From: a virus
Lineage: Duplodnaviria > Heunggongvirae > Uroviricota > Caudoviricetes
Direction: 5' to 3' (one strand)
Length of the DNA stretch: 64,000 nt
IMG/VR virus record: IMGVR_UViG_2836824207_000004
Coordinates: 10,278-74,277 of that record
The translations under genes and the position numbers were made by a program. Shown piece by piece: positions 35,588-45,049 of this stretch. Each line of letters begins with the position of its first letter. The stretch's first letter is position 1. Below the pieces are notes generated by a model that was given only the letters and a program-made list of their open reading frames with translations, did no database searches and had not been told where the DNA came from.

Positions 35588-36523
35588 TTAACGTAAGTAA
35601 TTTACGGTTTTTGTGGGGCTTTGCTCTGTTCTTGGGCTGTTAAAAATCAAGTTTTCGATTTCTTGCTGTATTTTTTTATCTTTAAGCGATTGGGTGTGCT
35701 TGGCGATAAAGCTTTCTAGCGTTTGTGCAAGTCGATTGCTAGCAGTACCAAGGTTGAAAGCGGTTTTGTAGTTTTTATGGCTTTCCAAGTCGGAAAATAG
35801 CTCCTCTAAACGCTCCCAAGCGGCAACAGAATGATTGATGTAATTCATTGCTTTAGCTAGCATATAGAAATTTTCCATATCTAACGCAAGGCTATTGGGT
35901 GGCAATTCTTGCATTGGGTGCATTGAAGCAATGTAAATCATCACATCACGATGATCTTTGCGTTTGATTTGCTCATATTTCGCCACCGCAAATTTATTTT
36001 TCACTCTTGCCCAGATTTCGCCATAACTCATTTTTGTGCGTTGATGGGTTGCAGCAACGGCGTTTTGAATAAGGCGTTGTTCTTCGGGGGTGATGGTGTC
36101 GTTTTCATTTATTGATAAAACTTTTTCTGCCTTGCCTTTATTCCAATAATCAAACAATGCTTGATAACATTCTCTTTTGTAGGTGATCAAGGTTTCTCTG
36201 ATTTCAGGTTTCACCCGTTTTACATCAATGCCAAATAGCCAGCCGTTGAGGTATTGGATTGGAAGGCATAATGTTTGTTGTTCACCACCTTGTGAAGGTA
36301 TGGTTATAATGACCATACCTTGAGAAAGAACTTCATCGCGTTTAATTCTTGCATATTGAGCTTTCCAGTCCAGACCAATATTTTCACAAATTGGCTTCAT
36401 TGCGACATAATGAACGTTGTTTTGCTCAAATGTAGTTAAAGTGCGGTCGTAAAATTGGATTGTTTGGAGTTGAGTTTGAATTGACATAATAGCCTCTGTA
36501 ATTTTCGAAATTTTGCTAGCCAA
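35588..36523 (-). CDS. phage antirepressor with P22 Ant-type N-terminal domain plus the shared C-terminal domain
   Basis: YVAMKPICENIGLDWKAQYARIKRDEVLSQGMVIITIPSQGGEQQTLCLPIQYLNGWLFGIDVKRVKPEIRETLITYKRECY matches the P22 antirepressor N-terminal pattern. The C-terminal 170 aa is ~95% identical to 4361-5257. Confidence 0.75.
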   Translation of the reverse strand: MASKISKITEAIMSIQTQLQTIQFYDRTLTTFEQNNVHYVAMKPICENIGLDWKAQYARIKRDEVLSQGMVIITIPSQGGEQQTLCLPIQYLNGWLFGIDVKRVKPEIRETLITYKRECYQALFDYWNKGKAEKVLSINENDTITPEEQRLIQNAVAATHQRTKMSYGEIWARVKNKFAVAKYEQIKRKDHRDVMIYIASMHPMQELPPNSLALDMENFYMLAKAMNYINHSVAAWERLEELFSDLESHKNYKTAFNLGTASNRLAQTLESFIAKHTQSLKDKKIQQEIENLIFNSPRTEQSPTKTVNYLR

Positions 36524-36563
36524 TTTAAGGTGTTCTTATAACACGAATACCTTTTGAAATTGG

Positions 36564-36639
36564 TGATCGAGCGGTTCGAAAGCCTACAGCAGGCTGGAGT
36601 TATTTCCCTTGCGGGTATTGTATTCCTCGCCCACTCGAT
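36564..36639 (-). ncRNA. Conserved structured 5-prime leader element, copy C
   Basis: gatcgagtggg / cccgctcgatc closing stem with a GU wobble. Internal cccGCAAggg GNRA tetraloop and perfect agcct-gctgt-aggct hairpin. Confidence 0.4.
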
Positions 36640-36787
36640 CATAGATTAAAATTACCATTTTTGTCCAAACTTGGCTGAGAAAAGGAGAAACACCAAATTC
36701 TAGATACAAAAAAACCGCAATGGATTTAGGTCTTGCGGAACTGACCGCTGTAAGGTTTCGACACCTATCAGACTAATACTAATAAAA

Positions 36788-36810
36788 AGCCTATTGCTTG
36801 TCAATAGGCT
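36788..36810. terminator. hairpin AAAAGCCTATTG..CAATAGGCT bordering the accessory island
   Basis: 9-bp stem. The same 12-mer AAAAGCCTATTG starts the hairpin at 39085. Confidence 0.4.
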
Positions 36811-36831
36811 ATATTGATGTTCGGCAACAGA

Positions 36832-37068
36832 TCACTTTCTACGTCGTTTTCGGCGTTTTTTAGATGAATTGGAACCAAAAATACCTAATATTGATATTGC
36901 AACAAACAATACAAAAAACACAATTTTAAATATCCAAACTAGGATAGAAAATATCTTTTTAAATATCTTTTTTTTGCTGCCTTTTCTTTCTGCCAGCCAA
37001 ACTTCCTTAGGAATAAGATGAAGAACTGGTTTAGTCGGTTCGTTAGACATTTTCGTTATCCTCATCAT
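36832..37068 (-). CDS. small membrane protein with poly-basic tail (78 aa or shorter)
   Basis: TM segment ILVWIFKIVFFVLFVAISILGIF followed by KKRRKRRRK. It overlaps the end of the upstream gene. Confidence 0.4.
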   Translation of the reverse strand: MMRITKMSNEPTKPVLHLIPKEVWLAERKGSKKKIFKKIFSILVWIFKIVFFVLFVAISILGIFGSNSSKKRRKRRRK

Positions 37069-38305
37069 CTGATTCTGTTATTTCGTTATATTGATTGGAT
37101 TTTTTCATAGCTTGTGATTGGCGATATTCATTGGCTTCTGCAACCATTGTGAACTCCACTTCACAACCTAATTTTTCAGCAGCTTTTGCAATTTCGGCAA
37201 GATCGACCTCAAAAAATTCTTTTTTAGTATTAACTCTATTGACCTGACAATGTGCGAATTTTTTATGTAATGTGTTTTCTAGTTTTGGTGCATCATCTGT
37301 CCTAATTAAAGCGTGGACATCAAAAGGGAATGGAACACTGGCATCACCTAATTCTTTAACTCGATCTAACGGTTCTAATCTTCTTGTCATTCCGATTTTA
37401 TAAACATTTTCCCCAAAAGAACCAATGTTAGAAATGACATATACCGTACCTTGTTTGGTGAGTTGAGCCATTGATATAGCACGTTGAGAGTCTTCTATCG
37501 CTTGCTTTAAATCTTGTTCTGCTTGAGCCAGTTTAGCTAATAACTCTTTATTGGTTTTATCTAATTCAAGCAATTTTTTATACTGTGCGATCTCTTTTTG
37601 AGCTTCCCTCTCTTTTTGTTCCGCTAGTTTTCTTTGTTTTTCAGCTTCACGTTGAACTTTTTGTTCTTCTCTCATCTCTTCTTGAATACGTTGCTGTTCC
37701 TCTTTTTCTCGTTGTTTTTTAAGTTCATATTCAAAGGCTAGGTGTAATTCTTCGTGTTTCAGAGCTAAATAATCTTCGCTAATGAAGATCCGAAATATCA
37801 CGCCTTGTTTGTTTAACCTTTCAAAGGACTTAGTCATTTTATTCTTGAACAAATCAAAGTTTCGGAAAGAGACATCGTTAATCAATAAATCACATTCTTT
37901 GTCAAATGCCGTAAGCATTATAGTTGATATGTTATTCATCATAGTAAAACCATCTTTTTCAGCTGTTTTACCTAGCCCGACGACCCATTCAGCATCGGAA
38001 TATGTAGCTTGCTCTGATTTTTTTAATTCAGCTTGTTTCTGTTTATTTTCATTCCATTTTTCTTTGAAACGTTTAGAAGAGCGAAATCTGAATTTTGGTG
38101 TGTAAGGAGCAATAGTGGAGACTTCTTGAGCGCATTCTGATTGACTGCCCTTAGAAAAGGGTTGTCCTTGATTGTTTTTGAGTTTCTTCCATTTTCTATA
38201 GTAAATAACAAATAAGATTAAAAAAATAGGGGAGGATAAAAACCAAATGATTGGTAATGCGGCGTCCATAAATAAACTCCTAAAATGAATGTGGGAATTT
38301 ATCAT
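37043..38305 (-). CDS. membrane-anchored DUF4041-like coiled-coil protein with C-terminal T5orf172 (GIY-YIG-like) domain
   Basis: N-terminal TM, long E/K/Q coiled coil. C-terminus VYVISNIGSFGENVYKIGMTRRLEPLDRVKELGD...EFFEVDL fits the T5orf172 pattern. Confidence 0.6.
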   Translation of the reverse strand: MINSHIHFRSLFMDAALPIIWFLSSPIFLILFVIYYRKWKKLKNNQGQPFSKGSQSECAQEVSTIAPYTPKFRFRSSKRFKEKWNENKQKQAELKKSEQATYSDAEWVVGLGKTAEKDGFTMMNNISTIMLTAFDKECDLLINDVSFRNFDLFKNKMTKSFERLNKQGVIFRIFISEDYLALKHEELHLAFEYELKKQREKEEQQRIQEEMREEQKVQREAEKQRKLAEQKEREAQKEIAQYKKLLELDKTNKELLAKLAQAEQDLKQAIEDSQRAISMAQLTKQGTVYVISNIGSFGENVYKIGMTRRLEPLDRVKELGDASVPFPFDVHALIRTDDAPKLENTLHKKFAHCQVNRVNTKKEFFEVDLAEIAKAAEKLGCEVEFTMVAEANEYRQSQAMKKSNQYNEITESDDEDNENV

Positions 38306-38491
38306 ACCAAAATTAAGAAACTTTTAAAGTAAGTGAGAACACCTTAATCAGATTGTATTCAACGAGCTTAAAATTGAGCTGGCCAAATTTATCACTGAGA
38401 TAGCAGCATTAAAACTAACAAAAATTAACTCATTGAAAAAGTGTAGTGCTATGATATACAATAACCGTATTATTAATTAAATTCTTACCTT

Positions 38492-38770
38492 ATGATACTT
38501 TCATTTAAGCATAAAGGCTTGGAAAAATTCTATAAAACTGGCTCAACTGCTGGGATTATTGTTGCACATTCGGCTAAATTAAAGCGAATTTTAGCGCGAT
38601 TAAATAGCTCAAAACAAATACAAGATATGAATATCCCGGGTTGGAATTTGCACCCATTAGCTGGAAACCTAACCAATCATTGGAGTGTTAAGGTAAATGG
38701 TAATTGGCGAGTTACGTTTAAACTGGAAAATGGACACGCTGAAATTGTGGATTATCAAGATTATCATTAG
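38492..38770 (+). CDS. higB: HigB toxin (RelE/ParE superfamily)
   Basis: MILSFKHKGLEKFYKTGS... matches the HigB killer-protein family. Toxin-first gene order. Confidence 0.8.
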   Translation: MILSFKHKGLEKFYKTGSTAGIIVAHSAKLKRILARLNSSKQIQDMNIPGWNLHPLAGNLTNHWSVKVNGNWRVTFKLENGHAEIVDYQDYH

Positions 38771-38779
38771 GAGATTACG

Positions 38780-39073
38780 ATGAATATGTATTGCCCACCG
38801 CACCCAGCAGAAGTTATCAAAGAAGATATTTTACCCGAGTTAGGCTTAACTGTAACACAGGCGGCTAAACAGTTAGGCGTAAACAGGGTAACCTTTTCCC
38901 GATTATTAAACGGCAAGTCCGCAATTAGTGCTGAAATGGCTTTACGGCTGCACGCTTGGCTAGGGGAAAATAGCCCTAGTCCAGAGAGCTGGTTACATCA
39001 GCAAGCGGATTATGATTTATGGAAAGCCTCACAAAAGCAAACATTTTCGGTTCAGCCTGCTTTTGTAGTATAG
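38780..39073 (+). CDS. higA: HigA antitoxin (XRE HTH)
   Basis: HTH segment LTVTQAAKQLGVNRVTFSRLLNGKSAISAEMALRL. Gene follows higB with a 9-nt gap. Confidence 0.8.
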   Translation: MNMYCPPHPAEVIKEDILPELGLTVTQAAKQLGVNRVTFSRLLNGKSAISAEMALRLHAWLGENSPSPESWLHQQADYDLWKASQKQTFSVQPAFVV

Positions 39074-39084
39074 CGAATATAAGA

Positions 39085-39110
39085 AAAGCCTATTGATTAT
39101 CTATAGGCTT
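39085..39110. terminator. bidirectional hairpin aaagcctat..ataggcttt
   Basis: 9-bp stem after higA and after the convergent small terminase gene. Confidence 0.5.
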
Positions 39111-39182
39111 TGAACATATCTATTTTATTGATAATTCAACCAACCTGAAATGGGGTCGGCTAAACTCATCATCGTCCGTGTT

Positions 39183-39845
39183 TTACGCTTCTTCATTTTC
39201 CGCATCTAACAGTGCCTTTCTTTCTTCCATTTCAGCACGCTCCTGCATTAACCGCGTCTCTTCCTGTCCTGAAGCTAAAATTGCGTCAAGTTCTTCGTAA
39301 ACTTTATCCATACTTTTCACTTCAACGGTTGATTCGACTTGTTGTTTTGGAACTAAATCATAATTTACATTCCCCAAGAATTGCACAAGTCTTGAGTCAT
39401 ACATTCCAACTAAACCGCCCTCAACAAGCATTGTTTTGCCTAGATCTTTAAACCTTTTGTACGCACCGAATAATTGTTTATTTTTTATACTTCCATCTTC
39501 ATTTTTCGCAGTACAATTATCTGTAAATGTTTGTTCATCAACACCACACAATAGAGCCATTCTTGTTATTGTTGGGAAAGCAACGCCAAGTATATCCATT
39601 TTCTTTCCCTCACTGTCTTTTTGAATTAACTCATAGTATTTGAGTTTCCCTTCAACATAATCATTGATCGCAGCCTCCATTTTCTCAATAGCTAAATCTG
39701 GATCAAACTTATAGGGACGTCCCCGTTTGGTTTCCCATTGCCCCTCTTCTAATTTGAGTTCCCTCTTCGAAATTGCGGCACTCACTTTTGCTTTACGTTT
39801 AACTTTTGTTTTTGCCGTTGTTGCAGCTTCCTTTCTAGTCGCCAT
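39183..39845 (-). CDS. terminase small subunit (Terminase_2-like)
   Basis: KRGRPYKFDPD...PTITRMALLCGVDEQTF...LVGMYDSRLVQFLGNVNYD match the pattern of Terminase_2 small subunits. No large subunit follows. Confidence 0.6.
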   Translation of the reverse strand: MATRKEAATTAKTKVKRKAKVSAAISKRELKLEEGQWETKRGRPYKFDPDLAIEKMEAAINDYVEGKLKYYELIQKDSEGKKMDILGVAFPTITRMALLCGVDEQTFTDNCTAKNEDGSIKNKQLFGAYKRFKDLGKTMLVEGGLVGMYDSRLVQFLGNVNYDLVPKQQVESTVEVKSMDKVYEELDAILASGQEETRLMQERAEMEERKALLDAENEEA

Positions 39846-40476
39846 ATCTATATCCCACTAAATCCAGTTGCTTTTCGCTTCCATCACTTAACACGCTTTT
39901 GAATTGACGCAATATATTGTCATCATAGGATTCTTTTGATAGCCTTCTTCGAGTGGATGAAATACGTTGGTTGATTTTATCGACTTGCTTCATCACTAAT
40001 GACCCCGCTTTAATATCCTCATCGAAATTAGGGTTGAGTTCACGCATTCGATTTACCGCATCAACGAGTTCAGCACTCTCATCACAAAGCATTGATAAGT
40101 GCATACTCAGAACCTGAGCTGACGCACCTTTAACTATGGTTTCTGTCAGCCCCTCTAAAAGCTGATTAGCATAATGCTGCACACTGCTATAAATAGCGAG
40201 TTGCTCAACACTTCTTGGATCTCGTTCTGGGTAATTCGACATACCCAGCAAATAATCCATTGACACGCCATAGCACAATGATGCCCGAGCAAGAAAATTA
40301 TGATTAATCGCCGTTTTCGAGGTTTTTCTTTCCATCTTGGAAATCATACTCGTATTAGTATAGCCCATTTCCGCTGCGGCTCTCTCTGGGCTTTTCCTTG
40401 CAAGTAAACGCGCACTTAAACAACGTGCACGGATTAAATCAGGATTTAACTTAAAGTTACTAATTTTTTTCGTCAT
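39835..40476 (-). CDS. XRE-family HTH protein (213 aa) at the late-regulator (Q) position
   Basis: HTH AAEMGYTNTSMISKMERK...ASLCYGVSMDYLLGMS. Sits between NinG and the small terminase gene. Confidence 0.5.
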   Translation of the reverse strand: MTKKISNFKLNPDLIRARCLSARLLARKSPERAAAEMGYTNTSMISKMERKTSKTAINHNFLARASLCYGVSMDYLLGMSNYPERDPRSVEQLAIYSSVQHYANQLLEGLTETIVKGASAQVLSMHLSMLCDESAELVDAVNRMRELNPNFDEDIKAGSLVMKQVDKINQRISSTRRRLSKESYDDNILRQFKSVLSDGSEKQLDLVGYRYGD

Positions 40477-40549
40477 ACAACAACCTTACTTAACTAATCC
40501 ACTTAACCACACTCTCATTTCTAACTTTTTATAAACGACTAAATCAATA

Positions 40550-41224
40550 TTACCGCTCCCGCTTTTCTAATAACTTCACTTTCCGTTCAAAAATCCGCTT
40601 AATCCGTCTTAAATCCTCATCGCTATAATGCCTTGGGCGTTGGTCGTTTTCGATTTCTTGCACCTTTTCAATACCCAAACGCTCAATGATCCCAATGCGA
40701 TATTGATGATAGTTTCCGTCAAGCCAGCGATTACAGCGTTTGCACTGACCAAAAATGTTTAACGAATAAAACCGCAAGTGCGGGGCTGAACCCCGACTAC
40801 GATAATGCCCCGCGTCAAATCCCCCGCCTAATTTCTCGCTAATCAACGGCGTACCGCACGAGATACATTCCTTATTCGCATCACGAAAACGGATATATTT
40901 ATTCACCGCACTTTGTGCTTCAGCAATGAGCTGATGATGCGTTTTATTCTTCTCTTTAAGTGCGGTCATTCTTTTGCGAGTTTCTGTTCGCTCCACCTTA
41001 GCCATTTTTTCACGCTTTTTGCGTGATTGTTCTGCCGATAATTTGATCGCACAATCCACACTACAGACTTTCTGTAAGCTACTTACTGTCTTTGTGTAAT
41101 AAGTGCCACACACTTTGCATTTATGCTGTTTTGGTGCTTTTGCCATTATTACCCCACAAGCACGAGCGTTATCATATATGTGGTATAGCAAACCACCCCA
41201 ACGCAAATTGCGATATAAAACCAT
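40550..41224 (-). CDS. ninG: NinG/Rap-like protein
   Basis: CISCGT...DAGHYRSRGSAPHLRF...NIFGQCKRCN parallels lambda NinG (CISCGT..DAGHYR..AP.LRF..NI.KQC..CN). Confidence 0.8.
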   Translation of the reverse strand: MVLYRNLRWGGLLYHIYDNARACGVIMAKAPKQHKCKVCGTYYTKTVSSLQKVCSVDCAIKLSAEQSRKKREKMAKVERTETRKRMTALKEKNKTHHQLIAEAQSAVNKYIRFRDANKECISCGTPLISEKLGGGFDAGHYRSRGSAPHLRFYSLNIFGQCKRCNRWLDGNYHQYRIGIIERLGIEKVQEIENDQRPRHYSDEDLRRIKRIFERKVKLLEKRER

Positions 41225-41297
41225 TTATCGCCCATTGTTACTTTCTCCTGTTAAAAACCGTCCCAAGCCTCTTTCAATTCCATCAATAATCCCTTTT

Positions 41298-41459
41298 TCA
41301 TTTGAATAACAACAAGAAGCTCAATCCGCCAACACCGAAAATGACTAGCAACATTAACGCCTCAATTCTATTGATATGGTGTTTACTCTGTTTTTCCGCC
41401 ACCCAAAAGCCAAAGTACACACCTAAAAAACTTATAACACTTGATAAAATCGATAACAT
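41298..41459 (-). CDS. small two-TM membrane protein (53 aa)
   Basis: GGGAGGAAAG RBS precedes the ATG. Sequence MLSILSSVISFLGVYFGFWVAEKQSKHHINRIEALMLLVIFGVGGLSFLLLFK. Below the track cutoff. Confidence 0.45.
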   Translation of the reverse strand: MLSILSSVISFLGVYFGFWVAEKQSKHHINRIEALMLLVIFGVGGLSFLLLFK

Positions 41460-41470
41460 CTTTCCTCCCG

Positions 41471-41920
41471 TTAAAAAAATGAATGAAGTTGATTGATCAC
41501 ATTCGGATCGGTCGTATCGTTGAAAATATGCTTAATTGCCGCATTAATCAGAGCGGAGTAGCATTGTTCAAACTCGTCTTGTTCCATATTGCCGTAACTT
41601 AAACTTTGAGGCTCTACTCGCATTCTGCCGTCAATGGTGTAAGTAACCTCTCGAAACCCAGCAAGCACAGTAAGATTTTTGCGAAAGGTATCAAACTGCT
41701 TCGCCTCGCTTTGGAACTGCAGTTCTGTGTTTTCTGCGGCCCAATACTCAAAACAAAATTTAAAGAAAGCGAACACTTTACGATGAAACTGTGGATTGCG
41801 TGTACGTTTGATTTCAACGGAATACATTTCCCCGTTTTTGAAGCCTTGAAGTGCGGGCAAAAACATTTCATCAGCTGGCACAAACGTGCCTCCCGCACCT
41901 TTAACCATTTCAATAATCAC
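41471..41920 (-). CDS. conserved phage early protein (149 aa)
   Basis: Track ORF co-operonic with dam. I could not place it in a family. Confidence 0.5.
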   Translation of the reverse strand: MIIEMVKGAGGTFVPADEMFLPALQGFKNGEMYSVEIKRTRNPQFHRKVFAFFKFCFEYWAAENTELQFQSEAKQFDTFRKNLTVLAGFREVTYTIDGRMRVEPQSLSYGNMEQDEFEQCYSALINAAIKHIFNDTTDPNVINQLHSFF

Positions 41921-42528
41921 GGGTTATACCCACCGCACTTCTTCACAAAATCCAACGTAACCGACCGCTGTACAAAATCTTCCATCGCGGGATCGAACAC
42001 CACAACCATTTGCCCTTTTGTGTTGCCTTTGATTTCTTCGCCCGTGATAGGGTGAATAAAATTAATGCGGCCGCCGACAATGTCGATGACCTCATTGGCA
42101 ACATTGTGAATGTGGTTTTGATACCATTGCGTCGATTTATCGTTATTGAGCAACATCACCACCAAATAACCTGCGTCGCGTAATTCCTTTGCCCGTTTGA
42201 GGTAAGGCGTAACGTTGGAGTAAGGCGGATTGACGAAAATACGCAAAGGAAAATGGCAGGTTTCCGCCACCTCATCAAGCAATCGATCGAATAAATCCTC
42301 ACCGAGAAAATCTGTTGCTATGCACGTTTTATTAAATCCCTCCGCATCGTCATCATCTTCAGGGGCTGGCTTACCGATATAACGGTAAGCCAAGGCATTT
42401 TTGTGGTCGGCACAGCCGTCAATATCAAACCAGTTAAAACGCTGTAAAAGCCAGTCAAAAAAATATCTCGGGGTTCGCCACGTGTCTTTGTCAAATTGTT
42501 GTTCGGTCATTGTCTGTAGCTCTCCCAA
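41917..42528 (-). CDS. dam: phage DNA N6-adenine methyltransferase (Dam-type)
   Basis: VNPPYSN catalytic motif. 203 aa, typical of phage Dam. Confidence 0.8.
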   Translation of the reverse strand: MGELQTMTEQQFDKDTWRTPRYFFDWLLQRFNWFDIDGCADHKNALAYRYIGKPAPEDDDDAEGFNKTCIATDFLGEDLFDRLLDEVAETCHFPLRIFVNPPYSNVTPYLKRAKELRDAGYLVVMLLNNDKSTQWYQNHIHNVANEVIDIVGGRINFIHPITGEEIKGNTKGQMVVVFDPAMEDFVQRSVTLDFVKKCGGYNP

Positions 42529-43346
42529 TCAAAATTTATCACTGCACCTTTACCTTCCCGCATTCGATCAATGATTCTCTCACCGACATATCTGCTCAAT
42601 TCATCTTCCGATAGGTTGCTGATTAAAATTGTTGGTTTCATTTGCTCATAACGCTCATTGATGATTTCAAATAAAATAATCTTTTCCGATTCAGAGCAAA
42701 ATTGAATGCCTACCTCATCAATGATAAGTAAGTCCTTATCTGTGTAGATCTCCATTACTTCATTCTCGGTTAAAGAGGAATTTTTATCCCAAGTTGATTT
42801 TACTTTGCGGATAATTCTTAACGCGGTGGTTATCAACACTTCATCTTGATGTTGCTCGATGATGTGATGAGCAATCGCACTAGCAAGATGATTTTTCCCT
42901 GTACCGGGTTTCCCACAAAGAATTAGCCCTCCACCAACTGATTTGCGATCAACCCATTTTGTTGCATAAGCCTCACAAAAACGTTTAGCCTTACGGTTAT
43001 ATTCGGTTTCTTGATAATTACTAAAACGAGCCTGTTCAAAACGTTTAGCAATGCCAGAAGTCATTTTTAATACGTTAATGTTATGCTCACGTTCCGTTTG
43101 TTCCTGACGCGCTTTATCTGCCTCAAGTTTAAGGATTTTTTCCTTTAGGCATTCTGGGCATTGCGTTTTTGACTCAATCCCTCCCCCCATAGGAAAGTGT
43201 ATTTTTCGATAAAATTGGCGATACGATCCGTGCTTTTCACAGTCACCAATTTGTTCTTTCACTTCAGCATTTTCGACTTCAGAATTAAACCCTTCTAAAG
43301 CATTTTTCAATTCCTTTTGCAGGCCTTCTAGCGTTACTTTAAACAT
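42507..43346 (-). CDS. DnaC/IstB-like helicase loader
   Basis: Walker A LILCGKPGTGKNHLASAIAH and Walker B LLIIDEVG. The track start at 43418 overlaps the upstream gene, so an internal Met was chosen. Confidence 0.75.
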   Translation of the reverse strand: MFKVTLEGLQKELKNALEGFNSEVENAEVKEQIGDCEKHGSYRQFYRKIHFPMGGGIESKTQCPECLKEKILKLEADKARQEQTEREHNINVLKMTSGIAKRFEQARFSNYQETEYNRKAKRFCEAYATKWVDRKSVGGGLILCGKPGTGKNHLASAIAHHIIEQHQDEVLITTALRIIRKVKSTWDKNSSLTENEVMEIYTDKDLLIIDEVGIQFCSESEKIILFEIINERYEQMKPTILISNLSEDELSRYVGERIIDRMREGKGAVINFDWESYRQ

Positions 43347-44151
43347 TAATAAAATCCTCCGCCCATTCTGGTGTTTTGGTTTCCCCGTATATTTTTTTTG
43401 CAAATCCATTGTGTGCATCTGGCTTGTTATTCAACGGATTTGGCAATGCTTTCACATTTTCAGGTTGTGAATAATCATCTTCCCAACGGCGGTTGTTCAG
43501 GTATGTTGTCGGATGTAATTTTTCAAAACCGAACTGCCCAAGTGAAAATCGCCTGCGAATATCCAAAACGAGCATATCGGTAAACTCACGAATGGATTTA
43601 CCTGATGACTTAAACGCGGTGCCAAAACTTTTTAGTGCTTTTGCACGGTTGACTTTAACCAAGCCTGCCTGCCAGAAATCGGCAAAACACAGCTCAAATT
43701 CAGATTGCTCAACCGAGCTTTTTTTATTTATTTTTTTATTGTTATTTTGAGTAGTGTTTTTATTGTTATTTTGTGTGTGAACTTTTTTCACAGGATCTTG
43801 TGAACTTTCTTCACAGGTGCTATGAACTTTTTTCACAGGTGAACTTTCTTCACTAGTGAACTTTTTACACAGGTTAGGCGTGAAAACATTCACCCCTCTT
43901 GCCCCTTTTTGGCGAGTTAATAACCCGATTTCCGTTAAATGATTGCAGGCATCAATCACAGCTCTGTTGCTCAACCCTGTCACTTCCATTAACTGGCTAA
44001 TAGAAATCGCATCACAATCTTTGTTCCAGCCTTTTGTTTTACGCACAATCACTAAGTAACATTTAAGTTCTGAACCAGTTAAATCGCAGATTAAGTCATC
44101 AACCACTGCATTAGGAAGCTGGAATGAATTTGGGATAAATTGGTTACTCAT
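43339..44151 (-). CDS. replication initiator/replisome organiser (O-like)
   Basis: N-terminal winged-helix region [33 protein letters not shown]...[19 protein letters not shown] resembles a phage replisome organiser N-terminus. Confidence 0.6.
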   Translation of the reverse strand: MSNQFIPNSFQLPNAVVDDLICDLTGSELKCYLVIVRKTKGWNKDCDAISISQLMEVTGLSNRAVIDACNHLTEIGLLTRQKGARGVNVFTPNLCKKFTSEESSPVKKVHSTCEESSQDPVKKVHTQNNNKNTTQNNNKKINKKSSVEQSEFELCFADFWQAGLVKVNRAKALKSFGTAFKSSGKSIREFTDMLVLDIRRRFSLGQFGFEKLHPTTYLNNRRWEDDYSQPENVKALPNPLNNKPDAHNGFAKKIYGETKTPEWAEDFINV

Positions 44152-44936
44152 AGCCCCACCGCCTTATCTTGCGTAAATTCACCGTTCCAATTTGCTTTCA
44201 TCGGCAAATTGCCTTTCACATACCATTCATAGAGCTTTGCTGCTCCTTTCTTTAACAACACGGGTTTATAAGCGATAAATGGATCTTTACCGTGTTGAGA
44301 AATTTCTGTGGTTTCTTCCGTGAGATATTGATCTCGGGCGTAGGACTTAACGCGTTTTGTTCGGTTATCTTGATACAGCCAGTTTTTGCCAATCAAAAAC
44401 TCACCCACTTTTAACGCATTAACCCCATTCAACCCTTTCACAAATTCAAATGGAGAAATTCCATTGCGGAAATAACTTTCCATCGAAGCGATTTGTTCAG
44501 ATTTTTGTTGATTTTCCAGTAAAGCCTGTTGCTCTCGAACCAATGCCCGCTGCTCGCGTTCTTTTGCGTCCGCCCAAGCCCGAGCGGCAGCAACAGGATC
44601 GTTAAAATTAGGCAAAAGTGCGGTGTTTTTTTGCTGATTTTCTAGTTCATTTAAACGATCAATAATCTTGGCTCTTAACTCAATCCGATAGCCAGAAACT
44701 AAAATCATCGTTTCTCGTTTTGGTAAACGAATTTCACTTGTTAAACCTGTTTCAGGATTTTTAATAATAAAAATCCCTTTAAAATCAAGACTATCCATAT
44801 TTGGATAGAGTTCATCAAGCATATTACGAATATCACGCATAACGTGAGCGTGTTGTTTTTCACATAATTGAGCAATTTCGCGACTGCTCATCGTAATACT
44901 TGATTTTTCTGTATTTATCGGTAATAATTTCGTCAT
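44148..44936 (-). CDS. Rha-family regulatory protein (second copy)
   Basis: [27 protein letters not shown] matches the Rha N-terminal domain. Confidence 0.7.
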   Translation of the reverse strand: MTKLLPINTEKSSITMSSREIAQLCEKQHAHVMRDIRNMLDELYPNMDSLDFKGIFIIKNPETGLTSEIRLPKRETMILVSGYRIELRAKIIDRLNELENQQKNTALLPNFNDPVAAARAWADAKEREQRALVREQQALLENQQKSEQIASMESYFRNGISPFEFVKGLNGVNALKVGEFLIGKNWLYQDNRTKRVKSYARDQYLTEETTEISQHGKDPFIAYKPVLLKKGAAKLYEWYVKGNLPMKANWNGEFTQDKAVGL

Positions 44937-44963
44937 CTATGTAGCTCCTTATAGCTCTTAATT

Positions 44964-44989
44964 GCCACCGTGCCAACGGTGGCTTTTTA
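44964..44989 (+). terminator. plus-strand terminator hairpin inside the minus-strand early operon
   Basis: gccaccg-tgccaa-cggtggc followed by TTTTT. Confidence 0.45.
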
Positions 44990-45049
44990 TTGCTTAAAAT
45001 TTACTTTTTTCTTACAATCTAATGCATTTTCACAACGAGTAGATTTGCT

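Larger units (their letters stand above)
35355..36760 (-). repeat. antirepressor cassette C (inverted copy)
   Basis: See cassette B. Confidence 0.7.

Noticed and set aside
38433-38462. Sigma-70 promoter for higBA (TTGAAA ... TATGAT)
   Set aside because: The spacer between the best hexamers is 11 or 16 nt, not 17, so it is too uncertain to list as a feature.
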